Assembly (NCBI GenBank): GCA_044228165.1
Contig: JBGAVK010000009.1
Span: 2,998-66,997 of the forward strand
DNA from: Pyrinomonadaceae bacterium
GTDB taxonomy: Bacteria > Acidobacteriota > Blastocatellia > Pyrinomonadales > Pyrinomonadaceae
DNA length: 64,000 nt
Direction: 5' to 3'
Both the position numbers and the translations under genes were made by a program. A model generated the notes under the pieces. The model was not told where the DNA came from, did no database searches, and worked only from the letters and a program-made list of their open reading frames with translations. The first letter of the stretch is position 1. Every line of letters starts with the position of its first letter. This document shows, piece after piece, positions 37,260 to 48,519 of this stretch.

Positions 37260-38045
37260 ATGTTCTCGAAAGAGATAAGATCATTTTTTGTGATTTGTGC
37301 AGTCGGTCTGTGCGCCGCTTTTTTTGCGGCTCCGGCCGGCCGCTCCCAGGCTCAGCCTCCGCCGGTTTATCACAGTCAAGAGGTTTCAGAGGCGGACGGC
37401 ATCCCTGTGTTGATCAAACATCTCCCTGATTGGGAACGTGTACGCCCGACCACGGTATTTGCAAAAAATACGGCCGAATTGAAAGCGGCCCTGGGCGAAA
37501 GGCCATTGCTCGATCTGATCGATTTTTCGGCCGGCACTGAAGCCGTCGCTGCGGCATATCCGTCAGGGAAGCTATTGATCGTTGAATTCGCCTCACCTCA
37601 AGGCTCACTCGATGCGGACAATAAGATCAGCGAAAACCTGGCGGGTGCAAATGACGGAAGGACTGCGTATCGCAGGATCGGCAATTATAACGTCCTCGTT
37701 TTCGACGCTGACGACCCGAACGCAGCGAACGCGTTGATCGATCAGGTAAAATACGAAAAAAACATCCAGTGGCTCGGCGACAATCCGTTCCGCATTTCGG
37801 CCGAGCGGGCATTTGTACTGACGACGTCTGACATTTTTATGTCAACGGTAATCGTGATCGTGATGGGTATCGCGTTTGCCATAGTCGGTGGTTTGATCAC
37901 AGGACTGGTCTATTTCCAGCTTCGCGAACGCCGCCGCGCCGCAATGTCCACCTTCACCGACGCCGGCGGTATCACACGGCTCAACCTCGATGGGTTTACG
38001 CCCGAGATCCTGCCTAAGCGGCTTTTGAAAGATCACAGCAGCTAG
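37260..38045 (+). CDS. exported protein with a C-terminal TM anchor, divergent from the ECF sigma gene
   Basis: The start is re-set to ATG 37260, preceded by AAGGAG. It has a signal peptide and a C-terminal TM helix followed by the basic stretch RERRRAA. Confidence 0.6.
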   Translation: MFSKEIRSFFVICAVGLCAAFFAAPAGRSQAQPPPVYHSQEVSEADGIPVLIKHLPDWERVRPTTVFAKNTAELKAALGERPLLDLIDFSAGTEAVAAAYPSGKLLIVEFASPQGSLDADNKISENLAGANDGRTAYRRIGNYNVLVFDADDPNAANALIDQVKYEKNIQWLGDNPFRISAERAFVLTTSDIFMSTVIVIVMGIAFAIVGGLITGLVYFQLRERRRAAMSTFTDAGGITRLNLDGFTPEILPKRLLKDHSS

Positions 38046-39166
38046 GGCAGGCATTCGAGCAAACGGGCAATATCGCTGTGATCATTATAGAAATGCGGAG
38101 CGATACGGAGCCGGTCTCCGCGCGGACTGACAATAATGTTTTGCTGCTCGAGATGTTTTGCGATCTGATTTGAGGTGAATTCCCCGCGGTGTTTCACACA
38201 CACGATCTGTGATGCTTCACCGGGACGTCGAGAGCTAATGATCTCGTAATTGAGATCAGCCAGGCCGCCGCAGAGTTCGTGTGTGAGTCCTGCCAGATAC
38301 TTCTCGATATTCGCATCACCGGCTTCGTGAAGCAGTTTCAAACTCTGCTCAAGGCCGTAGAATAACGCCGAACACCCAGTGCCGGATTCCCACGCAAGAG
38401 CCGTTGGTTTGACAGCTTGTTCACGGTCGGAAAAATTCCATGGATCCTCAACGCTGATCCAACCAACGAGCGTCGGCTTGACACGCTCTCTGGCCCTGTC
38501 TGACAGATAAACGAACCCGCAGCCTTCCGGTGCGCAAAGCCATTTATGACTTGCACCGCATGCGGCGTCAATGAATTGCGAAGGTAGATCCATCGCAACG
38601 GCACCAAATGCCTGGATGATATCCACGCAAAATAACGCGTCGACAGCTCTCGTGGCCCGTCCGATGCGTTCGAGGTCGGCCTTGAAGCCAGAGGCGAATT
38701 GAACCGCTGAGATCGCGACCACCTTTGTGTCCGTATCGATCATTTCGATAAATTCGTCGAGATCAATACGTCCGCTTTTTTCTTCGCACAAACGGAGTTC
38801 CACACCAAACTCGTCCCGTATTCGTCGCCAAGGATAAAAGTTCGATGGAAATTCGCCTGCAAAACTCACTATATTGTCGCCTTTTTTCCAACTTAGCCCA
38901 TTCGCGATCGACGCAACACCGTCCGAGGTGTTCCTTACAAAAGCGATCTGATCCGAACGTACTTTTAGCATCTCGCTCATCAGATCACGGGCACGGTTTT
39001 TCGTGTCGATCCAGTCCTGGTAATGGAGCGAGCCATGCATTGCCACATCGGCCAACTGCCTGCCGACCGCTTCACCGGCCGTCGTCGGCATCGGCGATAC
39101 GGCAGCGCTGTTTAGGTACGTATAACGGATCGCTGCAGGGAACAGCGATCTGATATGGTCGTTCAT
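38042..39166 (-). CDS. class V aminotransferase-fold PLP enzyme (cysteine desulfurase/SufS-like family)
   Basis: PLP-lysine context GASHKWLCAP. Likely start ATG 39166 (MNDHIRSLFP). Confidence 0.85.
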   Translation of the reverse strand: MNDHIRSLFPAAIRYTYLNSAAVSPMPTTAGEAVGRQLADVAMHGSLHYQDWIDTKNRARDLMSEMLKVRSDQIAFVRNTSDGVASIANGLSWKKGDNIVSFAGEFPSNFYPWRRIRDEFGVELRLCEEKSGRIDLDEFIEMIDTDTKVVAISAVQFASGFKADLERIGRATRAVDALFCVDIIQAFGAVAMDLPSQFIDAACGASHKWLCAPEGCGFVYLSDRARERVKPTLVGWISVEDPWNFSDREQAVKPTALAWESGTGCSALFYGLEQSLKLLHEAGDANIEKYLAGLTHELCGGLADLNYEIISSRRPGEASQIVCVKHRGEFTSNQIAKHLEQQNIIVSPRGDRLRIAPHFYNDHSDIARLLECLP

Positions 39167-39251
39167 ATTTACTTTTGTTTTGACAAAGTGAGCCGCCAAG
39201 GCGGATGATTAAATCGTCCGGTCCGCAGGTAAAAACCGGAACCGGGAATGT

Positions 39252-39971
39252 TTGCTCAGCGGGATGATTATGCTCGATTTTCGTAAGAAAAACCAATCGG
39301 AATTTGGATTCGTTTCGGTCTTTGACGACCGCGATATCGAGATAACGCATGTCTCGCGTGAATCGCGAAACGGACTCTGGTACGAAGGGTTCAAGCTTGT
39401 TCGCGACATATTTTTGATAATCGTAGTCTTTATTCTCGTCGGCGTTTTCTTTGTCCAGCCGGTGGTGGTAGAGGGTACGTCGATGCTGCCGCAGTTGCAC
39501 GACGGCGAGCGATTACTTGTTAATAAACTCGTCTATTATAAGCTGCAGAGTGTAAGCTGGGGACATATCGAACGCGGGGACATTGTCGTCTTTTGGTTCC
39601 CCAATGACCCTGATAAAAGCTACGTGAAACGCGTTATCGGCCTGCCAGGCGAGATCGTTGAGATACGCAGCGGTAAGGTATTTGTCGATGGCCGTGAACT
39701 CGACGAGATTTATCTCGACAAGGAATACAACCAATCGATGCCAAGCGCACCGCCAAAAAAGGTAGAGGAACATCACTATTTTGTAATGGGTGACAACCGC
39801 GACAATTCTTCAGATTCGCGTTATTGGGGCCTGGTTCCGGAAAAGTATATTTACGGGAAGGCATTCTTCCGCTATTGGAAGCCGGGAAATATCGGTTTTC
39901 TAGAACACGGCGATTACCACAACGCACCCCCGCCGGCCAACAAGAATGATCTTCGAGCCGAAGAAAGGTAG
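39252..39971 (+). CDS. lepB: signal peptidase I
   Basis: Catalytic boxes EGTSMLPQL, GDIVVFWFP, YVKRVIGLPGE and GDNRDNSSDSRYWG. The true start may be ATG 39264. Confidence 0.9.
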   Translation: MLSGMIMLDFRKKNQSEFGFVSVFDDRDIEITHVSRESRNGLWYEGFKLVRDIFLIIVVFILVGVFFVQPVVVEGTSMLPQLHDGERLLVNKLVYYKLQSVSWGHIERGDIVVFWFPNDPDKSYVKRVIGLPGEIVEIRSGKVFVDGRELDEIYLDKEYNQSMPSAPPKKVEEHHYFVMGDNRDNSSDSRYWGLVPEKYIYGKAFFRYWKPGNIGFLEHGDYHNAPPPANKNDLRAEER

Positions 39972-40047
39972 TTTTTTGACTCCTGCAACGCAGAGACGGG
40001 TTTGTGGCCTCTGAGTCTCGGCGTCTCTGCGGTAAAATCATTAACTA
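39972..40047 (+). repeat. CTCTGCG-type palindromic element, copy C, filling the lepB-carA spacer
   Basis: CGCAGAGACG (39989-39998) pairs with CGTCTCTGCG (40022-40031), followed by GTAAAATCATTAACTA and the ATG. Confidence 0.6.
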
Positions 40048-41139
40048 ATGCAGCAAAGATCAAAAGCAATATTGGTTCTCGAAGACGGGCGCACATTTAA
40101 GGGAACGTCGTTCGGGTCTGACGGCGAAGCGTTTGGTGAGATGGTGTTCAACACCTCGATGTCCGGTTATCAAGAGATCCTTACAGACCCGAGTTATGCC
40201 GGGCAGATCGTCTGCATGACATATCCGTTGATCGGCAACTACGGCACGAACGCCGAAGATGTCGAATCGCGCCGCCCCTGGGTCGAAGGATTCGTCGTCC
40301 GCGAAGCAAGCCGTGCCGCGTCAAATTTCCGCTCTACAATGCCGCTGCAGGATTACCTTCGTGAAAACAAGATCGTCGGCATCGAGAATATCGACACTCG
40401 CGCACTGGTTCGCCACATACGCGACAAAGGTGCCATGAGATCGGTCATTTCGACCGTCGATCTCGATGCTAAGTCGCTGTTAGACAAAGTTCTGGCATCA
40501 CCCGAGATGGCAAACCGCGAGCTTGCGACCGTTGTAACAGTGGATGACGATTACGAATATCCACCGACAGAGAACGAGATCTTTCATATTGTCGCCTATG
40601 ATTTCGGCGTTAAGATAAACAGCTTGAGGGAATTCGCGAAATTCGGCTGCCGCGTTACGGTAGTTACGGCCGAGACGACCGCCGACAAAGTGCTTGCCTT
40701 CAAACCGGACGGCATCTTTCTTTCGAACGGACCCGGCGACCCCGCGTCGATGGCCGCGGTCATTGATGAGATCAAGAAACTCACATCGTCTAACATTCCC
40801 ATGTTTGGCATCTGTCTCGGCCATCAACTTATCGGCTCGGCGTTTGGCGGTAAAACATACAAACTAAAATTCGGACACCGCGGCGGCAACCAGCCGATCA
40901 AAGACATGACCACCGGAAAGATCGAGATAACTGCACATAACCATGGTTTCGCGGTAGATGCACATTCGCTTCCCGACGAGGTCGAGGTCACGCATATCAA
41001 TCTCAACGACCACACGGTCGCCGGGCTGCGACACAAGACGCTCCCTGTTTTCTCCGTTCAGTACCACCCCGAATCAGCCCCCGGGCCGCATGATTCTGAG
41101 TATCTTTTTGAGCGATTCATCAGCCTGATGAAAAAATAA
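40048..41139 (+). CDS. carA: carbamoyl-phosphate synthase small (glutaminase) subunit
   Basis: 363 aa. CPSase small-chain N-terminal domain plus a GATase domain with GICLGHQL and HNHGF. Confidence 0.95.
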   Translation: MQQRSKAILVLEDGRTFKGTSFGSDGEAFGEMVFNTSMSGYQEILTDPSYAGQIVCMTYPLIGNYGTNAEDVESRRPWVEGFVVREASRAASNFRSTMPLQDYLRENKIVGIENIDTRALVRHIRDKGAMRSVISTVDLDAKSLLDKVLASPEMANRELATVVTVDDDYEYPPTENEIFHIVAYDFGVKINSLREFAKFGCRVTVVTAETTADKVLAFKPDGIFLSNGPGDPASMAAVIDEIKKLTSSNIPMFGICLGHQLIGSAFGGKTYKLKFGHRGGNQPIKDMTTGKIEITAHNHGFAVDAHSLPDEVEVTHINLNDHTVAGLRHKTLPVFSVQYHPESAPGPHDSEYLFERFISLMKK

Positions 41140-41188
41140 AAAAGGCCTGCCGAAACAGACCTTTCGATAGTTTTATTAACAGCTTGAT

Positions 41189-41935
41189 CTAATCCAAACC
41201 TAAGCGGTGAGTCGCGTCGCCTTCCAATTTCTCCGAGTCCACTTCCTCGATGCTGCTCCGCATTTTTGCGACCTGAGAAGTTTTCTTACTGGTCTTTTTC
41301 CCCTTGCCGACGGTCGTGATGCGCTTGCCGGTGATGTAATTCGTGCTTTCGGTCCACACGGAACCGGTCGCCCGGTCGCGCGTTGCATAATCAAAACCAA
41401 TAAGGATGAACTTTTCGGGTTGCTCGTCATAACGGAACTTGTAAGTCGTATCAGTAACTTCCCGCGAACCATGATCCTGATTAACGACGATTACTCCCTT
41501 TTCGATGGTCACATTTGCCGGGGCATCCATAACCCCGTAAAACGCACCGCCGCACGCGGTACATTGCAGGAGTTTGTCAGCCACAGCCGCATTTCGCCAG
41601 CCGCCTTCGCTGGTCTTGACGACAACCACAAGTGCCCGCGCACGATCAGGTCCCGGGCCGTCGGGATCGGTCTTTGGCAGATCCTGAACAAGTTTTAGAA
41701 GCACATCTTCGCGTCCGTCACCGTTGACGTCACCCTTGATCTGCTCTTCGATGATCCAGCCTCTTGGCACAAATCCCTGAGCGTTTGCCGCGGTCGCCGG
41801 CACCTTTGAAACATCTATCGTGGTTGGTTCATCTTGTGCAAACAGGTTTACGGGCTCCATTGAAGAAATGAACAGAACCGAAAGTGCTAGTAAACTCGAT
41901 CTAAGTACTTTATCCATCGAGATCGTATTGAACAT
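41189..41935 (-). CDS. secreted hypothetical protein with an FG-GAP-like Ca-binding loop
   Basis: Signal peptide and the motif GDVNGDGREDVLL. Otherwise unrecognised. Confidence 0.55.
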   Translation of the reverse strand: MFNTISMDKVLRSSLLALSVLFISSMEPVNLFAQDEPTTIDVSKVPATAANAQGFVPRGWIIEEQIKGDVNGDGREDVLLKLVQDLPKTDPDGPGPDRARALVVVVKTSEGGWRNAAVADKLLQCTACGGAFYGVMDAPANVTIEKGVIVVNQDHGSREVTDTTYKFRYDEQPEKFILIGFDYATRDRATGSVWTESTNYITGKRITTVGKGKKTSKKTSQVAKMRSSIEEVDSEKLEGDATHRLGLD

Positions 41936-41963
41936 TTATCTGTGTCTCCTATGATTTTGAAAT

Positions 41964-42003
41964 GCAACGGGGCTAAGGATGAATCTTGCTTAGCCGTCGT
42001 TGC
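41964..42003 (-). terminator. imperfect long hairpin after hppA
   Basis: GCAACGGGGCTAAG...CTTAGCCGTCGTTGC. On the minus strand it is followed by ATTTCAAAAT. Confidence 0.4.
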
Positions 42004-42029
42004 AAATAATTACCGCCCCTCGGTCAAAA

Positions 42030-44192
<2,163 letters not shown>

Positions 44193-44464
44193 ACGCTCTC
44201 ACTAGATTTGTTATTTTATTCCGCTCACACCAGGGCTGAAGCGCCACAGATGATTTTCAAAACTATTGATTATCGAATAAATACGCCTTTTTAACAAACC
44301 CTTAGAGCCTCTTTACCGCCCACGGTTCTAAGGTCAATTCACGTTTACTGATAAGCAGCGAATACTCCGCTGCGAAGATAACCGCGAAAATACACGCACG
44401 AACACGAATGATAGATAGCAGGGTTTGGAGATATTTGTTGTGATTTCATGGTTAAATATCTGCT

Positions 44465-44917
44465 ATGAAAGCAGGATACTCAGGGACGCCATTGTCAAGG
44501 AAGCTCGGATTTCGGCCGGGGATGGTTGTCGTGACAGTGAACGCACCGGGGAACTATCTCGAGCTGGTCGAACCTCTGCCTGATGGGATCGAGATCGCGG
44601 AAGAAGAAACGCGGGCTGGCAGCCCACACTCCGACCAGAACTCTGACAATCACTCCGCCTTTGATATCGTTCACCTTTTTGCAAACAGCCGCGACAAACT
44701 GATGAGCGAGCTTTCGAAGTTGCGAAACCTGATCAAACAGGACGGTGCGATCTGGGTCTCGTGGTATAAAAAGGCGGCAAAACTGCCGACCGAGATCACC
44801 GAGGATACCATTCGCGAGGTTGCGCTTCCGCTCGGTCTCGTCGATGTAAAAGTGTGCGCGGTCGACGAGAATTCGTCAGGATTGAAATTGGTTATACGCA
44901 AGGAAAATCGTGTATAA
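44465..44917 (+). CDS. DUF3052-like protein
   Basis: 150 aa. The N-terminus KAGYSGTPLSRKLGF matches my recollection of DUF3052. Not verified by a search. Confidence 0.6.
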   Translation: MKAGYSGTPLSRKLGFRPGMVVVTVNAPGNYLELVEPLPDGIEIAEEETRAGSPHSDQNSDNHSAFDIVHLFANSRDKLMSELSKLRNLIKQDGAIWVSWYKKAAKLPTEITEDTIREVALPLGLVDVKVCAVDENSSGLKLVIRKENRV

Positions 44918-44950
44918 TTCGATGCACTTTCATTTGATGGAGAGAATTTT

Positions 44951-45550
44951 ATGCCGACCATTGACCCGCGTATCGACGCATATATTAAGAAATCGCAGGA
45001 TTTTGCAAAGCCCGTTATGACCCATCTCCGAACCCTTGTTCATGAGGTTTGTCCGGACGTTACCGAGACGCTCAAGTGGAGCATGCCGAGCTTTGAATAT
45101 AAAGGCATTCTCTGCGGTTTTGCTGCATTTAAGCAGCATTGCACGTTCGGGTTTTGGAAACAGAGTTTGATGGAATCGGATGAGTTTTCGGAGACTAAAA
45201 CCGCGATGGGCAGCTTTGGTAGGATCACTTCGATCGCGGATCTACCAAAGGATGCCGTAATGAAAAAGCTGATCAAACAGGCGATGAAGCTAAATGACGA
45301 CGGCGTTAAGGTCACAAAGCCCAAGCACGAAAAGAAAGAGCTTGTGATACCCGACATTCTACTCGAGGCTCTTGCAAGGAACGAAAAGGCCGCCGAGACA
45401 TTTAACAACTTTCCGCCGAGCTGCAAACGCGAATACGCCGAGTGGATAGCCGAAGCGAAAACTGATGCCACCCGCGACAAACGCCTCGCGACCACCATCG
45501 AATGGTTGTCCGAGGGCAAACGCCGAAACTGGAAATACGAAAACTGCTAA
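44951..45550 (+). CDS. DUF1801 / YdeI (OmpD-associated) family protein
   Basis: The N-terminal half is DUF1801-like. The C-terminal segment FPPSCKREYAEWIAEAKTDATRDKRL is YdeI-like. Confidence 0.7.
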   Translation: MPTIDPRIDAYIKKSQDFAKPVMTHLRTLVHEVCPDVTETLKWSMPSFEYKGILCGFAAFKQHCTFGFWKQSLMESDEFSETKTAMGSFGRITSIADLPKDAVMKKLIKQAMKLNDDGVKVTKPKHEKKELVIPDILLEALARNEKAAETFNNFPPSCKREYAEWIAEAKTDATRDKRLATTIEWLSEGKRRNWKYENC

Positions 45551-45572
45551 CAGATACCGTAGTTGAAAAAAT

Positions 45573-47075
45573 ATGAGCGAACCAATACTTACCGCAAAAA
45601 ATTCTGAATCTGAATTTTTTCTTCTGCCGCAGATGGCTAATCGTCACGGCGTGATCACCGGCGCGACGGGGACCGGCAAAACCGTCACACTGCAGCGGCT
45701 GGCCGAGGGGTTTAGTTCCCGCGGCGTGCCTGTTTTTATGGCGGACATCAAGGGCGACCTCACCGGCGTTACACAGGCCGGCGGGGGCAATCCAAAGATC
45801 GACGCTCGAAACACGCAGCTCGGTATCACACCTGTTTTCGAGGGATTCCCCGCGACTGTCTGGGACGTTTTCGGCAAGCAGGGGCACCCTCTGCGCGCGA
45901 CCGTGTCGGAGATGGGGCCGCTGCTGATCTCGCGTCTGCTTCAGCTTAACGACACACAAGAGGGCGTGCTTGCGATAGCTTTTAAATACGCTGACGACAA
46001 TGGCCTGATGCTGATAGACCTCAAAGACCTGCAGTCTTTAATGCAGCATGTCGGTGAAAACGCCGATCAATTGACGCTGCAATACGGCAACGTTTCGGCG
46101 GCGTCGGTCGGGGCCATCCAACGCGGACTGCTCCAGATCGACGAACAGGGCGGCGACCTTTTCTTTGGCGAGCCGGCGGTGAAGCTCGACGATTTTATGC
46201 AGTCGGTGGGCGGCAAAGGCGTGCTAAATTTGCTCGCCGCCGATCAGCTGATACAGGCACCAAAGCTATACTCGACGTTTCTTTTGTGGCTGCTTAGCGA
46301 ACTTTTCGAATCGCTGCCCGAGGCCGGCGATCTCGAAAAGCCAAAACTCGTGTTCTTTTTTGACGAGGCGCACCTTTTATTTTCTGATGCCCCACAGGCG
46401 CTAATCGACAAAGTCGAACAGGTGGTACGGCTCATTCGGTCAAAGGGCGTCGGCGTTTATTTTGTGACCCAAAATCCGGCTGACATCCCCGAAAAGGTGC
46501 TCGCACAGCTTGGGAATCGCGTGCAGCACGCTTTGAGGGCGTACACACCTCAGGAGCAAAAAGGCGTTAGGGCCGCAGCATCGAGCTTCCGAGTCAACCC
46601 AAAACTCGATACCGAAACTGTAATAACCGAGCTCGGCGTCGGCGAGGTTCTTATCTCTACGCTAGACGAAAAGGGTGTTCCGACAATGGTCGATAGGGCT
46701 TTCGTCGTGCCGCCGGTCGGGCATATCGGGCCGATCACGCCTGAGCAGCGTTCGGCTCTGATCGCAAATTCGCTAGTCGCGGGCGTCTATGAAACGCCTA
46801 TCGATCGAGAGTCAGCCTTTGAAAAACTGTCGGTCCTTCACGATGCAAAAATGGCGGAGCAACAGGCGGCAGCCGAGGCTGAGGCGATCGCGAAACAGCA
46901 AAAGGAACAGGAAAAAGCCGAGAGATCCGCCGCACGGGCCCCCGACACGATGTGGGAATCGGTCGGAAAGAGCGCAGTTCGTGCCGCCACGACCAGTGTT
47001 GCTCGATCCATCGGAACGAAGCTGGTCCGTGGCGTACTCGGCAGTTTGCTTGGCGGAAAGAAGAGCTGGTTCTAG
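45573..47075 (+). CDS. DUF853 (YjgR/HerA-like) P-loop ATPase
   Basis: 500 aa with Walker A GATGTGKT, Walker B-like LVFFFDEAH and a charged C-terminal tail. Confidence 0.8.
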   Translation: MSEPILTAKNSESEFFLLPQMANRHGVITGATGTGKTVTLQRLAEGFSSRGVPVFMADIKGDLTGVTQAGGGNPKIDARNTQLGITPVFEGFPATVWDVFGKQGHPLRATVSEMGPLLISRLLQLNDTQEGVLAIAFKYADDNGLMLIDLKDLQSLMQHVGENADQLTLQYGNVSAASVGAIQRGLLQIDEQGGDLFFGEPAVKLDDFMQSVGGKGVLNLLAADQLIQAPKLYSTFLLWLLSELFESLPEAGDLEKPKLVFFFDEAHLLFSDAPQALIDKVEQVVRLIRSKGVGVYFVTQNPADIPEKVLAQLGNRVQHALRAYTPQEQKGVRAAASSFRVNPKLDTETVITELGVGEVLISTLDEKGVPTMVDRAFVVPPVGHIGPITPEQRSALIANSLVAGVYETPIDRESAFEKLSVLHDAKMAEQQAAAEAEAIAKQQKEQEKAERSAARAPDTMWESVGKSAVRAATTSVARSIGTKLVRGVLGSLLGGKKSWF

Positions 47076-47096
47076 CGTTTGCTCGAGGAAACAGAT

Positions 47097-48167
47097 ATGG
47101 CGGCAAAGAACACGTTACTGCTTGTCGGAACAGCGAAGGGCCTGTTTATCTTGAAACGCGGAGGCAACGGCCACTGGAGTATCGACGGGCCGCATTTCGC
47201 AGGGCTCGCGGTTTACTCGGCATTTCTCGATCAGCGAAAAGGCCGAAACGAGATGTGGGCGGGGCCGGCAAGTTGGCACTTTGGAGCCGAATTGGTCAAG
47301 AGCACAGACATGGGCAAGACGTGGGACCAGCCCGAAAACCGCCGTATCAAGATGCCGGCGAACACCAAGACCGCACTCGAAAATATCTGGCAGATCGCTC
47401 CCGGTGCAGACGACGACACGCTGTATGTCGGCACGGCTCCCGGCGGATTGTTCGAGTCGCACGACCGCGGTGAGACCTGGAAACTCAACACCGGGCTCTG
47501 GAAACATCCGCACCGTAAGAAATGGAATCCCGGCTTCGGCGGCCTATGTTTGCACACCATACTTACCAACAAGAGGAACCCGAATGACATCAAGATCGCC
47601 GTCTCGTCGGCCGGTGTCTATCAGACTGCGGACGGCGGCAAGACGTGGGCCGCGACCAATGAAGGCGTGAAAGCGTATTTTATGCCGAACCAATATCCGG
47701 AATTCGGCCAGTGCGTCCACAAGATCTTTCGGCATCCTAAGAAGAAAAAGACGCTGTTCCTGCAGAATCATCACGGCGTTTACCGCAGCCGCGACGATGG
47801 CCATACGTGGCAAGAGATCGAAGAAGGCTTGCCGTCAAATTTCGGATTCGGCCTGACCGTGAGCGAAAGCGGCTCGGTCTTTATCGTCCCGCTCGAGGCC
47901 GACGCCAGACGCTTTACCTGCGAAGGCAAGCTCCGTGTTTACCGCACTCGTGACGAGGGCAGATCATGGCAGCCCCTAACAAAGGGCCTGCCGCAAAAGA
48001 ACGCTTATGAGGTCATATTGCGTGATGCCGTAACCTCGGTCGGCAACAACATCTTTTTCGGCACCAAGAACGGAAAACTCTTTGCTTCGTCAAACGACGG
48101 CGACTCGTGGAAACTGATCGAAGGCTCGCTGCCCGAGATCTGTTGCGTCAAGGCTTATTACATATAG
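47097..48167 (+). CDS. cytoplasmic six-bladed BNR/Asp-box beta-propeller protein
   Basis: The start is re-set to ATG 47097. Six SxDxGxTW-type motifs are present: STDMGKTW, SHDRGETW, TADGGKTW, SRDDGHTW, TRDEGRSW and SNDGDSW. No signal peptide. Confidence 0.8.
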   Translation: MAAKNTLLLVGTAKGLFILKRGGNGHWSIDGPHFAGLAVYSAFLDQRKGRNEMWAGPASWHFGAELVKSTDMGKTWDQPENRRIKMPANTKTALENIWQIAPGADDDTLYVGTAPGGLFESHDRGETWKLNTGLWKHPHRKKWNPGFGGLCLHTILTNKRNPNDIKIAVSSAGVYQTADGGKTWAATNEGVKAYFMPNQYPEFGQCVHKIFRHPKKKKTLFLQNHHGVYRSRDDGHTWQEIEEGLPSNFGFGLTVSESGSVFIVPLEADARRFTCEGKLRVYRTRDEGRSWQPLTKGLPQKNAYEVILRDAVTSVGNNIFFGTKNGKLFASSNDGDSWKLIEGSLPEICCVKAYYI

Positions 48168-48170
48168 TTT

Positions 48171-48227
48171 GGAGTACCGGCTTCAGCCGGCTATCGGCCT
48201 TATCGGTCCGCCTGAAGGCGGGACTCC
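48171..48227 (+). repeat. structured intergenic element (two GC hairpins enclosed by an outer stem)
   Basis: GGAGT, then CCGGC-TTCA-GCCGG, then ATCGGCCTTATCGG, then CCGCC-TGAA-GGCGG, then ACTCC. It ends 11 nt before the Ubl ATG. Confidence 0.55.
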
Positions 48228-48238
48228 GAAGCAGAGCT

Positions 48239-48517
48239 ATGTCAGTAATCGTTCATCTCAGCGGGCATCTGAAACCGTTCACGGGCGGCGCGGTCGAGGT
48301 AAGTTTGTCAGGTGATTTTGCTACGGTCGGCGATGCACTTGATTCGCTCTGGCGGCAACACGCCGCTCTCCGCGACCGTGTGCTAAACGAACAGGGCGAG
48401 ATACGTCAGCACGTCAACATCTTTGTCGGTGATAACGACGTAAAGCGGCTCAATGGCATTGCCACTCCAATTAGATCGAACGAGATTCATATTTTTAATG
48501 CTGTAAGTGGAGGCTAG
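48239..48517 (+). CDS. MoaD/ThiS-family ubiquitin-like beta-grasp protein ending in Gly-Gly
   Basis: 92 aa: MSVIVHLSGHLKPFTGG...TVGDALDSL...VNIFVGDNDV...IHIFNAVSGG, then stop. The start is re-set to ATG 48239. Confidence 0.75.
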   Translation: MSVIVHLSGHLKPFTGGAVEVSLSGDFATVGDALDSLWRQHAALRDRVLNEQGEIRQHVNIFVGDNDVKRLNGIATPIRSNEIHIFNAVSGG

Positions 48518-48519
48518 GT

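Noticed and set aside
31773-40047. The possibility that the recurring CTCTGCG units represent a CRISPR array
   Set aside because: The copies are kilobases apart, imperfect and internally palindromic, with both arms present, and they are not separated by regular spacers. No cas genes are present. They fit REP/MITE-like elements.
40048-41139. carA without an adjacent carB as an anomaly
   Set aside because: Separation of carA and carB is common in many bacterial lineages. The gene itself is full-length with an intact glutaminase triad context.
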